Part shown: piece by piece, positions 21,710 through 32,967 of the stretch | How the letters are laid out: each line of letters begins with the position of its first letter | Numbering within the stretch: position 1 is the stretch's first letter | DNA from: Pseudomonadales bacterium | GTDB taxonomy: Bacteria; Pseudomonadota; Gammaproteobacteria; Pseudomonadales; IMCC2047 | Length of the DNA stretch: 64,000 nt | Reading direction: 5' to 3' | NCBI GenBank assembly: GCA_036960805.1 | Contig: JBALXL010000002.1 | Span: 1,735-65,734, forward strand | The notes under the pieces: generated by a model | Told to the model about the DNA's origin: nothing | The model's input: only the letters and a program-made list of their open reading frames with translations | The model's database searches: none | Made by a program: the position numbers and the translations under genes

Positions 21710-22270
21710 TTATTTCTCTTCCAACTCGTGCTCTCGTCTTATTGCAGAAAGCGCCGACGCCATAATACCCGCAGGCACAGCAACTAACCCCAAACCAAGC
21801 ATCAACACAACAAAAGTAAATAACCGCCCACCTGACGTTATTGGATAAATATCGCCATAGCCAACCGTAGTAAATAATCCAACAGCCCACCACAAACAAT
21901 CAAATATCGAACGAAACACCTCCGGCTGCGCCTGATGTTCAAAGTGATAAATCCCTACCGCAGCAAGAAAAATCACCAACCCCTCTTTCGCAAGATATAT
22001 AGCCTTGCCGAAATGCAACAATCAAGGCAAACGCATTAATCACAACGAACGCAGATCAAGCGCGGCAGTAAGAGGAAGGGGGGGGGATCTAAAGATAAAA
22101 CCTAGTCGTTTTTCCGCAGCATAAATCCGGTACAAATATTCAAGCGAGAAAATAACAGCGATACAGATTTCAGAATATTAGAGAAACCAAACAACAACGG
22201 GAGGTAGTTCAGGCAGGACTTCAATTGAAAATCATACTGCGGAATACACGATCAATATTGTAATTACCAT
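21710..22270 (-). pseudogene. Degraded voltage-gated-type K+ channel (ion transporter) pseudogene
   Basis: One frame reads ...FSIEVLPEL...EYLYRIYAAEKRLGFIF...DLRSL*LMRLP*LL...FEHQAQPEVF..CLWWAV..TTVGYGDIYP. Four in-frame stops at 22232-34, 22178-80, 22040-42 and 22022-24. Confidence 0.9.
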
Positions 22271-22364
22271 GCCGCGACGGGTTTATCGAGTATATTTCTT
22301 CTCTTCAAAATAGCATTTTTCATTCCGTGAGTACTGGGCGAACACCTTGTCCGCTACGTCAGAA

Positions 22365-23498
22365 TTAAAACACCACCAAATTATCTCGGTGCACCAACTC
22401 CGGCTCACTAACGTAACCCAGCAGACCTTCAATCTCATCACTGGATTTACCGCAAATCTTCTGTGCCTCAACATTGCTGTAATTTACCAGGCCTCGAGCA
22501 ACACGTTCGCCGCTGGAACTTTCGCAAGTCACCATATCACCACGCACAAAGCTACCACTTACACCAGCAACTCCAACCGACAACAGGCTTCGACCTTTCT
22601 GTTTTAGCACGCGAACCGCACCATCATCCAGCACCAGTGTACCTTTAGCTTGCAAGTGCCCCGCCAGCCATTGCTTACGCGCTGCCTGCTTTTCAAGATC
22701 AGGTACCAGTAAAGTACCCAGGCGCTCACCTTGATAAAGGCGCTTGAGCACATTTTCCTGACGACCACCAACAATGATCGTGCTGGCCCCGGAACGTGCA
22801 GCCAAACGACCAGCGTTAACTTTTGTCGCCATTCCACCCTGGCCCAGCGCACCGGCACTGCCGCCAGCCATGACACTTAGCTCTTCATCATGGGCGTAGG
22901 CTTCAGAAACAACAGGTGCATCGGGATTTTTACGTGGATCACTGCGGTGCAAACCTAACTGATCAGTCAGGATCACTAAGGTATCGGCTTCAACCAGATT
23001 GGTTACCAGCGCCCCCAGCGAATCATTGTCACCAAAACGAATTTCGTCGGTCACAATGGTGTCGTTTTCATTAATAATCGGGATCACACCCAGCTTCAGC
23101 AACTCACGAATGGTGCTGCGGGCATTTAGGTAGCGCTGACGACTGGAGAGGTCATCATGGGTCAGCAGTATCTGAGCAGTGTGCATTTGATACTGCTGGA
23201 AATTTGATTCGTAGGTTTGCACCAAGCCCATTTGGCCAACGGCGGCCGCCGCTTGCAGACGATGCACTTCCTTAGGGCGGGTTTTCATACCCAAACGCGC
23301 CATGCCTTCGGCGATAGAACCCGAAGACACCAGTACGATTTCCACACCCTGCTGACGCAGCCAAGCCATTTGCTCGACCCAGCCAGCGATAGACTCGGTA
23401 TCCAGACCTTGCCCGTCTGCGGTCAATAACGCACTGCCAATTTTCACAACCCAACGTTGCGACTTAACGATTTTTTGCCATTCGTTTTGCAAAGCCAC
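22365..23498 (-). CDS. proB: Glutamate 5-kinase
   Basis: [28 protein letters not shown]-terminal PUA domain (VHRDNLV). Confidence 0.97.
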   Translation of the reverse strand: MALQNEWQKIVKSQRWVVKIGSALLTADGQGLDTESIAGWVEQMAWLRQQGVEIVLVSSGSIAEGMARLGMKTRPKEVHRLQAAAAVGQMGLVQTYESNFQQYQMHTAQILLTHDDLSSRQRYLNARSTIRELLKLGVIPIINENDTIVTDEIRFGDNDSLGALVTNLVEADTLVILTDQLGLHRSDPRKNPDAPVVSEAYAHDEELSVMAGGSAGALGQGGMATKVNAGRLAARSGASTIIVGGRQENVLKRLYQGERLGTLLVPDLEKQAARKQWLAGHLQAKGTLVLDDGAVRVLKQKGRSLLSVGVAGVSGSFVRGDMVTCESSSGERVARGLVNYSNVEAQKICGKSSDEIEGLLGYVSEPELVHRDNLVVF

Positions 23499-23521
23499 GG
23501 ATCAAACCCTATTACTTAAAG

Positions 23522-24742
<1,221 letters not shown>

Positions 24743-24830
24743 TCAACAACTCTTTGTAAAACAAATTCAGCGGTCAAACTACTACCGCAATAAGCCTCAA
24801 ACAAACCATCCGAGACAATAAACATCAGGC

Positions 24831-24857
24831 AAAAAAAAACCCCGCAGCGCGGGGTTT
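24831..24857 (-). terminator. Intrinsic terminator after rpmA
   Basis: Minus strand AAACCCCGC-gct-GCGGGG followed by a T9 run. Confidence 0.88.
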
Positions 24858-24875
24858 CTTCAAACTTGCCAGTGC

Positions 24876-25136
24876 TTAGGCCGTCGCTTCTACTGTTACG
24901 TATTTGCGATTTAACTTACCTTTCACTTCAAATTTAACAACGCCGTCTTTCAGTGCAAACAATGTGTGGTCTTTACCACAGCCTACGTTTGAACCCGGGT
25001 GGAAACGTGTTCCACGTTGACGAACGATGATGTTACCCGCTTTTACTACTTCACTACCAAAACGTTTGACGCCGAGTCGTTTCGATTCCGAATCGCGTCC
25101 GTTATTGGTACTACCACCAGCTTTCTTGTGAGCCAT
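24876..25136 (-). CDS. rpmA: 50S ribosomal protein L27
   Basis: [21 protein letters not shown]. Confidence 0.99.
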   Translation of the reverse strand: MAHKKAGGSTNNGRDSESKRLGVKRFGSEVVKAGNIIVRQRGTRFHPGSNVGCGKDHTLFALKDGVVKFEVKGKLNRKYVTVEATA

Positions 25137-25182
25137 ACGCTACTCCTAGTTCTTACTTACGCTTAATTCGCGCTCGCTTAAA

Positions 25183-25491
25183 TTACTTGATTCCAGTGAT
25201 TTTAACTTCTGTAAACCACTGACGATGGCCCATAGTTTTCATATGGTGCTTACGACGTTTGAATTTCATGATTTTCACTTTCTTGTGACGACCATGTTCA
25301 ACAACTTCACCGCTTACCTGGCTGCCTTCAACAAAAGGGCCACCAATTTTAATGTCGTCGCCTGCGCCAATCAGCAGAGCTTGACCGAAATCTACATTGG
25401 AACCTGTTTCCAGATCCAATTTCTCAACGCGTAGAGTTTGACCCTCTACAACGCGGTACTGTTTACCACCAGTCTGAATAATTGCGTACAT
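25183..25491 (-). CDS. rplU: 50S ribosomal protein L21
   Basis: [25 protein letters not shown]; start at ATG 25491 after GGAG. Confidence 0.99.
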   Translation of the reverse strand: MYAIIQTGGKQYRVVEGQTLRVEKLDLETGSNVDFGQALLIGAGDDIKIGGPFVEGSQVSGEVVEHGRHKKVKIMKFKRRKHHMKTMGHRQWFTEVKITGIK

Positions 25492-25515
25492 AAAATTCTC
25501 CAAAAAAACCTTTTG

Positions 25516-25633
25516 TGCCTAAGCGCCGCCGCCGCAGTCTTTACGGCTCAGACATTCTATATCAGCCCTTTACCCCGGCAGCGGACTGTGTGCTGCAACA
25601 CCCCCGAGAAACAAACGGGTGAGGTCAATAGGG
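25516..25633 (-). promoter_or_regulatory. Structured 5' leader of rplU-rpmA
   Basis: mRNA-strand helices CCCT/AGGG, ACCTC/GGGGT, CCCG/CGGG, GCAGC/GCTGC, then TGTCTGAGC/GCTTAGGCA enclosing a GCCGTA/TGCGGC-type inner stem. Confidence 0.5.
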
Positions 25634-25639
25634 TGCGGG

Positions 25640-25668
25640 ATTTTACGGCAAGATTATGCTTCAGGCAA
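25640..25668 (-). promoter_or_regulatory. Sigma70 promoter of rplU
   Basis: TTGCCT-N17-TAAAAT followed by GC-rich discriminator CCCGCAC. Confidence 0.6.
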
Positions 25669-25748
25669 GCAGCAAACAACATTTACCCTACATATTTAAT
25701 AAATTTTTGCTTTAGCTGCTAAGAGGCAGCATTTTCCCTGCCTCAAGA

Positions 25749-25777
25749 TTGACAGTCAAGGCCCTGCCCCCTAGTAT
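25749..25777 (+). promoter_or_regulatory. Sigma70 promoter of ispB
   Basis: TTGACA-N17-TAGTAT, 40 bp before ATG 25818. Confidence 0.6.
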
Positions 25778-25817
25778 TCGAGGCCTTTATTTTACTGACT
25801 TCTGGCCCACTTTGAAG

Positions 25818-26786
25818 ATGGATCCAAAACGCATTTTTAACGTTGTTGAAGACGACTTTTCTGCCGTCAACCAACTGATCTTGGATCAGCTCCACTCCGA
25901 CGTGGACCTGGTGGAAACCATTAGCCAGTATTTGGTCGACAGTGGTGGTAAGCGCATTCGCCCATTGCTTGTGTTACTTGCTGCGAAATGTTGCGATTAT
26001 CAGGGCAAAGATCACATCCTGCTCGCCACTATTATCGAATTCCTGCACACCGCCACCTTATTACACGATGACGTCGTCGACATGTCAGAGCTGCGCCGTG
26101 GCCGCTCCACCGCCAACGCCGTGTTTGGCAATGCGCCAAGCGTACTGGTCGGAGACTTCCTCTATTCGCGCGCATTTCAAATGTTGGTTGATTTAGGCGA
26201 CCTGCGCATCATGGCCATTATGGCCAGCTGTACCAACCAAATTGCTGAAGGCGAAGTTAAACAACTCAGCAACGCTCGCAATCCAGATTTAACCGAGCAG
26301 CAATATCGCGATGTCATTCAGGCCAAAACAGCCATTTTGTTTGAAGCTGCCGCCGAGACTTCCGGCATTCTATCTGGCGTTAACGAAGGTCAGCAGCAAG
26401 CATTGAAAAACTACGGCGCTCATCTAGGTATGACCTTCCAACTTATTGACGACCTATTAGATTACGACGGTGAAGTTGAAGAAATGGGCAAAAATGTCGG
26501 CGATGACCTTGCCGAAGGCAAAATGACTCTCCCGCTAATTCACACCCTGAAGAACAGTTCACCAGAAAACGCCAAACTCATTCGTGATGCCATTCTGGAA
26601 AACAACCCGGAACATGCCACAAAAATCATTACCCTGGTCAAAAACTCCGACGCGCTGAGCTATACCCTTGAAAAGGCCGAACTCGAAGCAAACCAGGCCA
26701 TTCAACAACTAGAGAAGCTGCCTGACAACAGCTATCGCAGCGCCCTCAAAGATCTTGCCAAACAAGCTCTTAATCGCTCAAAGTAA
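25818..26786 (+). CDS. ispB: Octaprenyl diphosphate synthase
   Basis: GGKRIRP, LLHDDVVD, FQLIDDLLD; divergent from rplU; start at ATG 25818. Confidence 0.96.
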   Translation: MDPKRIFNVVEDDFSAVNQLILDQLHSDVDLVETISQYLVDSGGKRIRPLLVLLAAKCCDYQGKDHILLATIIEFLHTATLLHDDVVDMSELRRGRSTANAVFGNAPSVLVGDFLYSRAFQMLVDLGDLRIMAIMASCTNQIAEGEVKQLSNARNPDLTEQQYRDVIQAKTAILFEAAAETSGILSGVNEGQQQALKNYGAHLGMTFQLIDDLLDYDGEVEEMGKNVGDDLAEGKMTLPLIHTLKNSSPENAKLIRDAILENNPEHATKIITLVKNSDALSYTLEKAELEANQAIQQLEKLPDNSYRSALKDLAKQALNRSK

Positions 26787-26819
26787 TTCGACACCACTAC
26801 ACACCCCGCATTTATCTTC

Positions 26820-26851
26820 CGTTATTTATAAGCGGCTACTTATAAATAACG
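26820..26851. other. Perfect 13-bp AT-rich inverted repeat (ispB terminator or operator)
   Basis: CGTTATTTATAAG-cggcta-CTTATAAATAACG. Confidence 0.6.
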
Positions 26852-26990
26852 CCTGCCTTCAGGTCACTTATTTGACTATCGGCTCGTGAATTATTAATAA
26901 TACAGAGCCGCCGAATATAAAACCCCTTCATTTTCAAAAAGTTACTGCTCGGCAACACTTCATTAAAAGGTTCTTACAGGATGTAGGTTA

Positions 26991-28646
26991 ATGACTATTA
27001 AACGAGGTAAATTCGGTAAACGTCGGTCCAATAGCCTCTCCATGTGCCACGAAATGGCCAAGTCAGGTATATCCCTGCCGCTACTGTTCACGCCGCAATT
27101 TATCGCTTGCGATGACACCTTTACTCGTATTATTAATGGTCAGTCAGACATAACCCCCAGCCTTAGCGACACACGTTTTAAAGACCTTATCTGGCAGCAA
27201 AATCCGATTTACCGTGCCTCCATGCAGGCTTATTTATCCTGGTGCGATACCCTTAAATCAGACATTGAGAATGCACCGATTACCACAACGGAAAAAGCCT
27301 TACTGTTTAATGCCGCAACTCATCTAACCCATGCACTAACGCCCCAGATAAACCCTGGCAACTCTGCTGTCCAACATGCCTATGAAAGCCGTGGCGCCAG
27401 TTTAGTACACGACCTTCACCGCATGACACACGACCTACTTACACAAACCTTGCCGTCTCACTTCACAACTAAAACAGAGCTGGCAGCGGGAAAACATATT
27501 GCCGCTAGCTGTGGTACCGTTATTCATCGCACAGAAATGCTTGAAATCATTCAATACAGCACCATTACCAGCAACGTTAATGCGATACCTTTATTGATTA
27601 TCCCTTCGCCAGTAAACCGTTTTTATCTATGTGATCTACAGGACGATAACAGCCTGGTGAATTACCTACTTAAGCAGGGATTTCAGATATACACCCTAAG
27701 TTGGCGCAATCCCGCTAGCGCACACAGCCATTGGAATCTGGAAAGTTATGTCAGTGAAACACTAGATGCCATCCATCAGTTAAGCACTGAATGCGGCCAT
27801 CAAAAAATCAACCTACTGGGGTTTGCCGCAGGCGGCATGTTGGCAGCCTTGGCCATTAGCCTGTTGTCACAACGCGCAAAAAACACCGACAGTGATTTAA
27901 ATAATCACAACAGCAACCCCATCAACAGTGCAACGTTAGCGATCACCAGTCTACAGACTCACACCAGCTCACAGGTAGGCCATCAACTCAACGATCAGTT
28001 AATTCATGCGGCCACAGCACTCACCCAGCTACACGAAGTCGCGGATGCAAAACAGCTGGCGCGTAATTTTTCCTGGTTAAGTCCCAACAATCTGCTCTGG
28101 AACCCGTTGGTGAGTAACTATTTTAGCGGCGAGGCCAGCCCTGATCAGGACATTACCCACTGGAACAATGACACCTTACGCACCACTGCCGGCCTGTACT
28201 GCGACTTTCTATCGATGACGGGCGGTGATCCCCTACTAGATAATAACGCTCTCAGGCTCTGCGGTGAAACCATCAACCTTGCAAACATCCAGTGCGATAC
28301 TTATACCCTGGCGGGTTCTTGCGATCATATAACACCTTGGGAATCCTGCTACCAGACCTGCCTGTCGATGGGCGGGGCACGCGATTTCGTATTGGTAAAT
28401 CGTGGCCATACTCGGGCCCTTGTGTGCCCGATTGATGCCGATGATGCCTGTTATTACACCCACAATGAAATAGGTAACAACCCTGATGACTGGTTATGTG
28501 ATGCTAATCAGCAAAGCGGCTCCTGGTGGCCTCATTGGGCTAGCTGGCTTGCACAGCGATCGGGTGGCAAACACCCTGCGCAGCAACTCTCTGATGAGAC
28601 ACCGCCAACATTAGGTCCCGCCCCTGGTCTCTACGTGTTTGAGTAA
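26991..28646 (+). CDS. Class II polyhydroxyalkanoate synthase-like protein lacking the catalytic cysteine
   Basis: PhaC motifs DTRF.D..W.QNP, PLLIIP..VNRFY..DL, SWRNP, WNND, DHITPW, GH, GSWWPHW, GPAPGLYV; lipase box reads LLGFAAGG instead of G-x-C-x-G-G. Confidence 0.85.
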   Translation: MTIKRGKFGKRRSNSLSMCHEMAKSGISLPLLFTPQFIACDDTFTRIINGQSDITPSLSDTRFKDLIWQQNPIYRASMQAYLSWCDTLKSDIENAPITTTEKALLFNAATHLTHALTPQINPGNSAVQHAYESRGASLVHDLHRMTHDLLTQTLPSHFTTKTELAAGKHIAASCGTVIHRTEMLEIIQYSTITSNVNAIPLLIIPSPVNRFYLCDLQDDNSLVNYLLKQGFQIYTLSWRNPASAHSHWNLESYVSETLDAIHQLSTECGHQKINLLGFAAGGMLAALAISLLSQRAKNTDSDLNNHNSNPINSATLAITSLQTHTSSQVGHQLNDQLIHAATALTQLHEVADAKQLARNFSWLSPNNLLWNPLVSNYFSGEASPDQDITHWNNDTLRTTAGLYCDFLSMTGGDPLLDNNALRLCGETINLANIQCDTYTLAGSCDHITPWESCYQTCLSMGGARDFVLVNRGHTRALVCPIDADDACYYTHNEIGNNPDDWLCDANQQSGSWWPHWASWLAQRSGGKHPAQQLSDETPPTLGPAPGLYVFE

Positions 28647-28765
28647 TATAGACGACCAATTTATAACAATGAATTAACCAACCGCCGACTTTGTTATCTC
28701 GTGATTTGCTCCTGCTTCATCTAAAATGATGTCATCTTCTCAATTCGCAGCATCAGGACAGCCTA

Positions 28766-29968
28766 ATGCACTATGACTACCTGATCATTGGCGGCGGCAT
28801 TGTTGGCCTATCCACGGCATGGCAACTACAGCAACGTCAGCCAGATAGTAAAATCCTATTATTGGAAAAAGAACCTCAATTAGCCCTGCATCAAAGCAGC
28901 CATAATAGTGGCGTCATTCATGCGGGCCTGTACTACGATCCAAAAAGTTTGAAGGCAAGTTTTTGTCGCGAGGGCGCTATTGCAATGCGTAGGTTTTGCC
29001 AGCAGGAAAAAATTCCCTGCCAGCAAACCGGCAAATTACTAGTCGCCACCGATACGCAGGAATATCAACGTATGCAGGATCTTTATGATCGCTGCATGGA
29101 AAACCAAGTGGAGGTGGAATGGCTAAATCAAGCACAACTACACCAACGTGAACCAAACATTAGCGGGCTTGGCGCACTGTATATCGCCGAAACAGGCATG
29201 GTTGATTATGCCGTCGTTGCACTGCACATGGCGCAGCGTTTTATAGACATGGGAGGAGATATACGCCTAAACACGAAGGTTACTGGCTTGGCAGAAAAAT
29301 CTGACGAAGTGGTCATAACGACCTCCGAAGGCGAGTTTCACAGCAACCAGCTAATTGTCTGCGCAGGCCTGATGGCAGACCGATTAGTAGAAATGGCAGG
29401 GCTTGAAGCGGATTTTCAGATAATACCTTTTCGAGGTGAGTACTATTGCTTGCCAGGATCATTATCTGACCTGATAAACCATCAAGTTTACCCGATTCCC
29501 GACCCAACATTGCCATTTCTTGGCATACACCTCACCCGAACTATCGATGGCCGCATTACCGTGGGACCCAATGCTGTACTTGGCCTGCATCGGGAAGGGC
29601 ATGAAAAATTCAGTTTCAACAACAGGGATGCGAGACAGATCTTTGGCTTTAGCGGTTTCTGGCGCTTGCTGGCAAAAAACCTAAAGCCCGGTTTAGCCGA
29701 AATGAAAAGCTCTCTCATCAAATCCAGCTATTTAAAACTAGTACAAAAATACTGTCCGCAGTTACGGCTTGATGACCTGCAACCCTATCCGGCTGGCATT
29801 CGCGCACAAGCCGTTTTAAAAGATGGCACGTTGGTTCACGACTTTTTATTCAAACAAACCGCGCGCACTTTACACGTCTGCAACGCACCATCGCCTGCAG
29901 CCACCTCATCCATCCCTATCGGCGCGTACCTGTGCGACAAGATACTTGGATCAACTGACCCCGCTTAA
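28766..29968 (+). CDS. lhgO: L-2-hydroxyglutarate oxidase
   Basis: GGGIVG, HQSSHNSGVIHAG, PFRGEY, PFLGIHLT, GIRAQA, NAPSPAATS. Confidence 0.93.
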   Translation: MHYDYLIIGGGIVGLSTAWQLQQRQPDSKILLLEKEPQLALHQSSHNSGVIHAGLYYDPKSLKASFCREGAIAMRRFCQQEKIPCQQTGKLLVATDTQEYQRMQDLYDRCMENQVEVEWLNQAQLHQREPNISGLGALYIAETGMVDYAVVALHMAQRFIDMGGDIRLNTKVTGLAEKSDEVVITTSEGEFHSNQLIVCAGLMADRLVEMAGLEADFQIIPFRGEYYCLPGSLSDLINHQVYPIPDPTLPFLGIHLTRTIDGRITVGPNAVLGLHREGHEKFSFNNRDARQIFGFSGFWRLLAKNLKPGLAEMKSSLIKSSYLKLVQKYCPQLRLDDLQPYPAGIRAQAVLKDGTLVHDFLFKQTARTLHVCNAPSPAATSSIPIGAYLCDKILGSTDPA

Positions 29969-30002
29969 CTCGCCCCGTAGAGCATACGCGCTAGAAAACA
30001 GC

Positions 30003-30512
30003 CTAGCTGTTCACGTCCGTGTTGTAATCTGCAATGCCTGCGGTAATTTCGGCATTACGGCGCGCGGCTTCTTTGCGTAATTCACCGCGCATTTTGGCAG
30101 CTTCACACAGTTGCCGCTCAAACTCTGTTTCGATGATCAGCTCAGGTGCTTTTGTTGGTTTACCATCCTTGCCCATACACACCATAGTGATATAACCGGA
30201 ATTGGTGTGTCGCTTGGTGCTACACTCCAAGTCCTCTGCAATAACTTTCACACCTACTTCCATTGAGGTGTTTCCCACGTAGTTGATATTAGCTCGAAAA
30301 GACACTAAATCGCCCACCTTGATGCTGCCATTAAACACCACGTTGTCAATTGAGCGTGTCACCACATAGTGACGGCAATAACGCGCAGCACAGGCATAAG
30401 CGACCTGATCCAGCATTTTCAAAATAGATCCACCGTGCACATTACCGGAGAAATTACCCATATCCGGTGTCATCAAAATGGTCATATGTAAAGATTTTTC
30501 TTGCCCTGGCAT
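30003..30512 (-). CDS. Acyl-CoA thioesterase (hotdog fold, YciA family)
   Basis: NFSGNVHGG..LK.LDQVAY, GNTSMEVG. Confidence 0.92.
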   Translation of the reverse strand: MPGQEKSLHMTILMTPDMGNFSGNVHGGSILKMLDQVAYACAARYCRHYVVTRSIDNVVFNGSIKVGDLVSFRANINYVGNTSMEVGVKVIAEDLECSTKRHTNSGYITMVCMGKDGKPTKAPELIIETEFERQLCEAAKMRGELRKEAARRNAEITAGIADYNTDVNS

Positions 30513-30605
30513 AGCTACCTCATCTACCTTTTTATCGACTAAAACGGTGATTTACATTGTTTTTCGGACACTATCTGCCCATTTTACAGTTATTGTATGG
30601 TCGCC

Positions 30606-32345
30606 CTACATGCGATCCATCACTTCAATTCCTAACAAATCCAGCCCTGTTGCCAACGTGCGTGATACCAAGGCGCAAAGCTGCAATCGACTATCACGCG
30701 CAGCTTCTTCAACACCCTCTTTGAGAATCGGGCAGGCTTCGTAAAAGCTCATATAGTCGCTGGCCAATTCATACAGATATGCACACAACACATTCGGCAT
30801 ACAGTCATTGGCAACCTGCTCAATGACTTCAGAAAACTGCAGCAACTTAAGTCCTAGCGTGCGCTCATTAGAATGTTCCAGCAACAGAGCTGCCTTTAAC
30901 TCTGCCGGATCAACATCCGCTTTGCGGAAAATACTTTGAATCCGTGCATAGGCATACTGTAAATAAGGGGCTGTATTACCTTCGAAACTGAGCATGCTAT
31001 CCCAGTTAAAAATATAATCACTGGTACGATTTTTCGATAAGTCGGCGTATTTTACTGCACCAATACCTACCTTTTTAGCAACCTCAAGACGAGATGCCTC
31101 ATCCAGCTCAGGGTCTTTTTCCGCGATCAGTTGTGCCGCTCGTTCTACCGCCTCATTCAATAATGCCGCCAACTTAACCGTGCCGCCGGCTCGTGTTTTA
31201 AAAGGCTTGCCGTCCTTGCCCATCATGGTACCAAAGGCCAAATGTTCAAGTGCCATATCGGCTTTTACAAAGTTCGCTTTGCGGGCAATTGTAAACACCT
31301 GTTGTAAATGCAACGCCTGACGCGCATCAACAAAATACAAAATACGGTCAGCATTTAACTCATTCTGGCGATAACGTAAGGCCGCCAAGTCTGTCGTTGC
31401 ATACAGATAACCACCGTCGGATTTTTGCACGATGGCAACCGAAGGTTCGCCATCTTTATTAGCCAACTCCTGCAAAAACACTGCTTGAGCGCCCTCACTG
31501 GTGACCGCCAACTGTTGATCTTGAAGATCACTAACAACATTCGAAAGGTCAGCGTTATACGCACTTTCAGGGCGAATATCCCGCGGCGTTAAGGACACAT
31601 TCAAGGCGCGATAAATATCTTCACTATGGGCAACAGACACATCAATAAATTGCTGCCAAAGTCGTTTACAACCCTCATCACCTGATTGCAGTTTCACCAC
31701 ATAGTCACGTGCAGTATTGGCAAAGTTATTATCGTCATCGAAATGTTTTTTAGACTGCTGATAAAAGCCTTCCAGATCAGCCAACGCCATTGAGGCATTA
31801 TCGTTAGACTGTAAGCGCCCTTCTAACTCAGCAATCAACATACCGAACTGCGTACCCCAGTCACCCATATGGTTCTGGCGAATCACTGTATCGCCAGAAA
31901 ACTCCAACACTCGAGCAACCGCATCACCAATAATGGTACTGCGTAAATGGCCAACGTGCATTTCCTTAGCCAGATTCGGCCCGGAATAATCGACAACCAC
32001 AGTTTGAGCATCACGAGCGGGCTTAATAGTTAACTTTTCATCGGCCAATGCTTGCTCACACAGCTGCGCCAAATAATCGGGTGCTAGGTGGATATTAATA
32101 AAGCCTGGACCAGCGATATCAATTTTATCTGCAATGCCGTCAAGCGCTAGTTCAGTAACCACCTTTCCCGCTAACTCACGCGGATTTGTTTTCATTTTTT
32201 TGGCTGCAGGCAGTGCACCATTAGCCTGATAATCACCAAACTCGGGGCGTGTACTCTGCGTCACTAAAGGCTCACTACCTTCAGGCAAGCCTGCTGCTTG
32301 CATGGCTTTACTGACCTGCTGCACTAAAAATTGTTTTATATTCAT
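30606..32345 (-). CDS. argS: Arginine--tRNA ligase
   Basis: [37 protein letters not shown]-terminal DRM. Confidence 0.98.
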   Translation of the reverse strand: MNIKQFLVQQVSKAMQAAGLPEGSEPLVTQSTRPEFGDYQANGALPAAKKMKTNPRELAGKVVTELALDGIADKIDIAGPGFINIHLAPDYLAQLCEQALADEKLTIKPARDAQTVVVDYSGPNLAKEMHVGHLRSTIIGDAVARVLEFSGDTVIRQNHMGDWGTQFGMLIAELEGRLQSNDNASMALADLEGFYQQSKKHFDDDNNFANTARDYVVKLQSGDEGCKRLWQQFIDVSVAHSEDIYRALNVSLTPRDIRPESAYNADLSNVVSDLQDQQLAVTSEGAQAVFLQELANKDGEPSVAIVQKSDGGYLYATTDLAALRYRQNELNADRILYFVDARQALHLQQVFTIARKANFVKADMALEHLAFGTMMGKDGKPFKTRAGGTVKLAALLNEAVERAAQLIAEKDPELDEASRLEVAKKVGIGAVKYADLSKNRTSDYIFNWDSMLSFEGNTAPYLQYAYARIQSIFRKADVDPAELKAALLLEHSNERTLGLKLLQFSEVIEQVANDCMPNVLCAYLYELASDYMSFYEACPILKEGVEEAARDSRLQLCALVSRTLATGLDLLGIEVMDRM

Positions 32346-32545
32346 GACAACCCGACTCTATGCTTAATAATCAGCCCTGCAACGACAAGGCATGACGCGT
32401 AAAAAGTCGCGTAGTATAACCGAATCACGCCCCCATTGACTATTTAGCGTCAATCTCAAAATGATAAATACGATGGAAATCAACAGCACTTTTCGATAAA
32501 ATTATGAGTCGTTAGTAAAGGAAGTTTAAACACAGGAGTGGCGCA

Positions 32546-32938
32546 ATGAGCGGTAAAGATTTCCGCGTTACTTTTCATGGAGAAGTAATGCAAGGATGGG
32601 ATCCTGATGAAGTAAAAGCCAATATGGCTACACTTTTCAAGCTCGATCCACAAAACAGACAACATGTACAAAAGCTGGATAGATTATTTTCCGGCCGCAC
32701 TGTTATCATCAAGGATGGCCTGAGCGCTACAACCGCACAGGCTTATGTAGATGCTATTGCCAAAGTAGGTGGTGACGCTCGAGCAAAGAAAAAGAGCGGT
32801 CCGCCAAACAATGCATCTGAGCGCCGTTTGGCGCTTCGCAGAAAGCAAGGTGATAGAAGACGCTCGGCTAGGCTATCAGCAATTATGCCAAATAGACGAA
32901 AAAACAGAGGCCGCCGCCATGCGGACCTTATGATTTAG
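32546..32938 (+). CDS. Hypothetical protein with Arg-rich ERR/DRR C-terminal tail
   Basis: AGGAG RBS; globular N-terminal part (FRVTFHGEV...LFSGRTVIIK) followed by ERR..RR..DRR..NRR..GRR..D. Confidence 0.75.
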   Translation: MSGKDFRVTFHGEVMQGWDPDEVKANMATLFKLDPQNRQHVQKLDRLFSGRTVIIKDGLSATTAQAYVDAIAKVGGDARAKKKSGPPNNASERRLALRRKQGDRRRSARLSAIMPNRRKNRGRRHADLMI

Positions 32939-32967
32939 TCGGTAAAGAAACCATGAGCTTCGCCCGA

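Noticed and set aside
22078..22086. G9 homopolymer as a phase-variation switch
   Set aside because: The frame is already continuous across it and the gene has four independent stops, so slippage could not restore function.
22022..22234. In-frame TGA codons as selenocysteine or readthrough
   Set aside because: One stop is TAA, two TGAs fall at expected Arg positions of S4, and deletions accompany them. This is decay.
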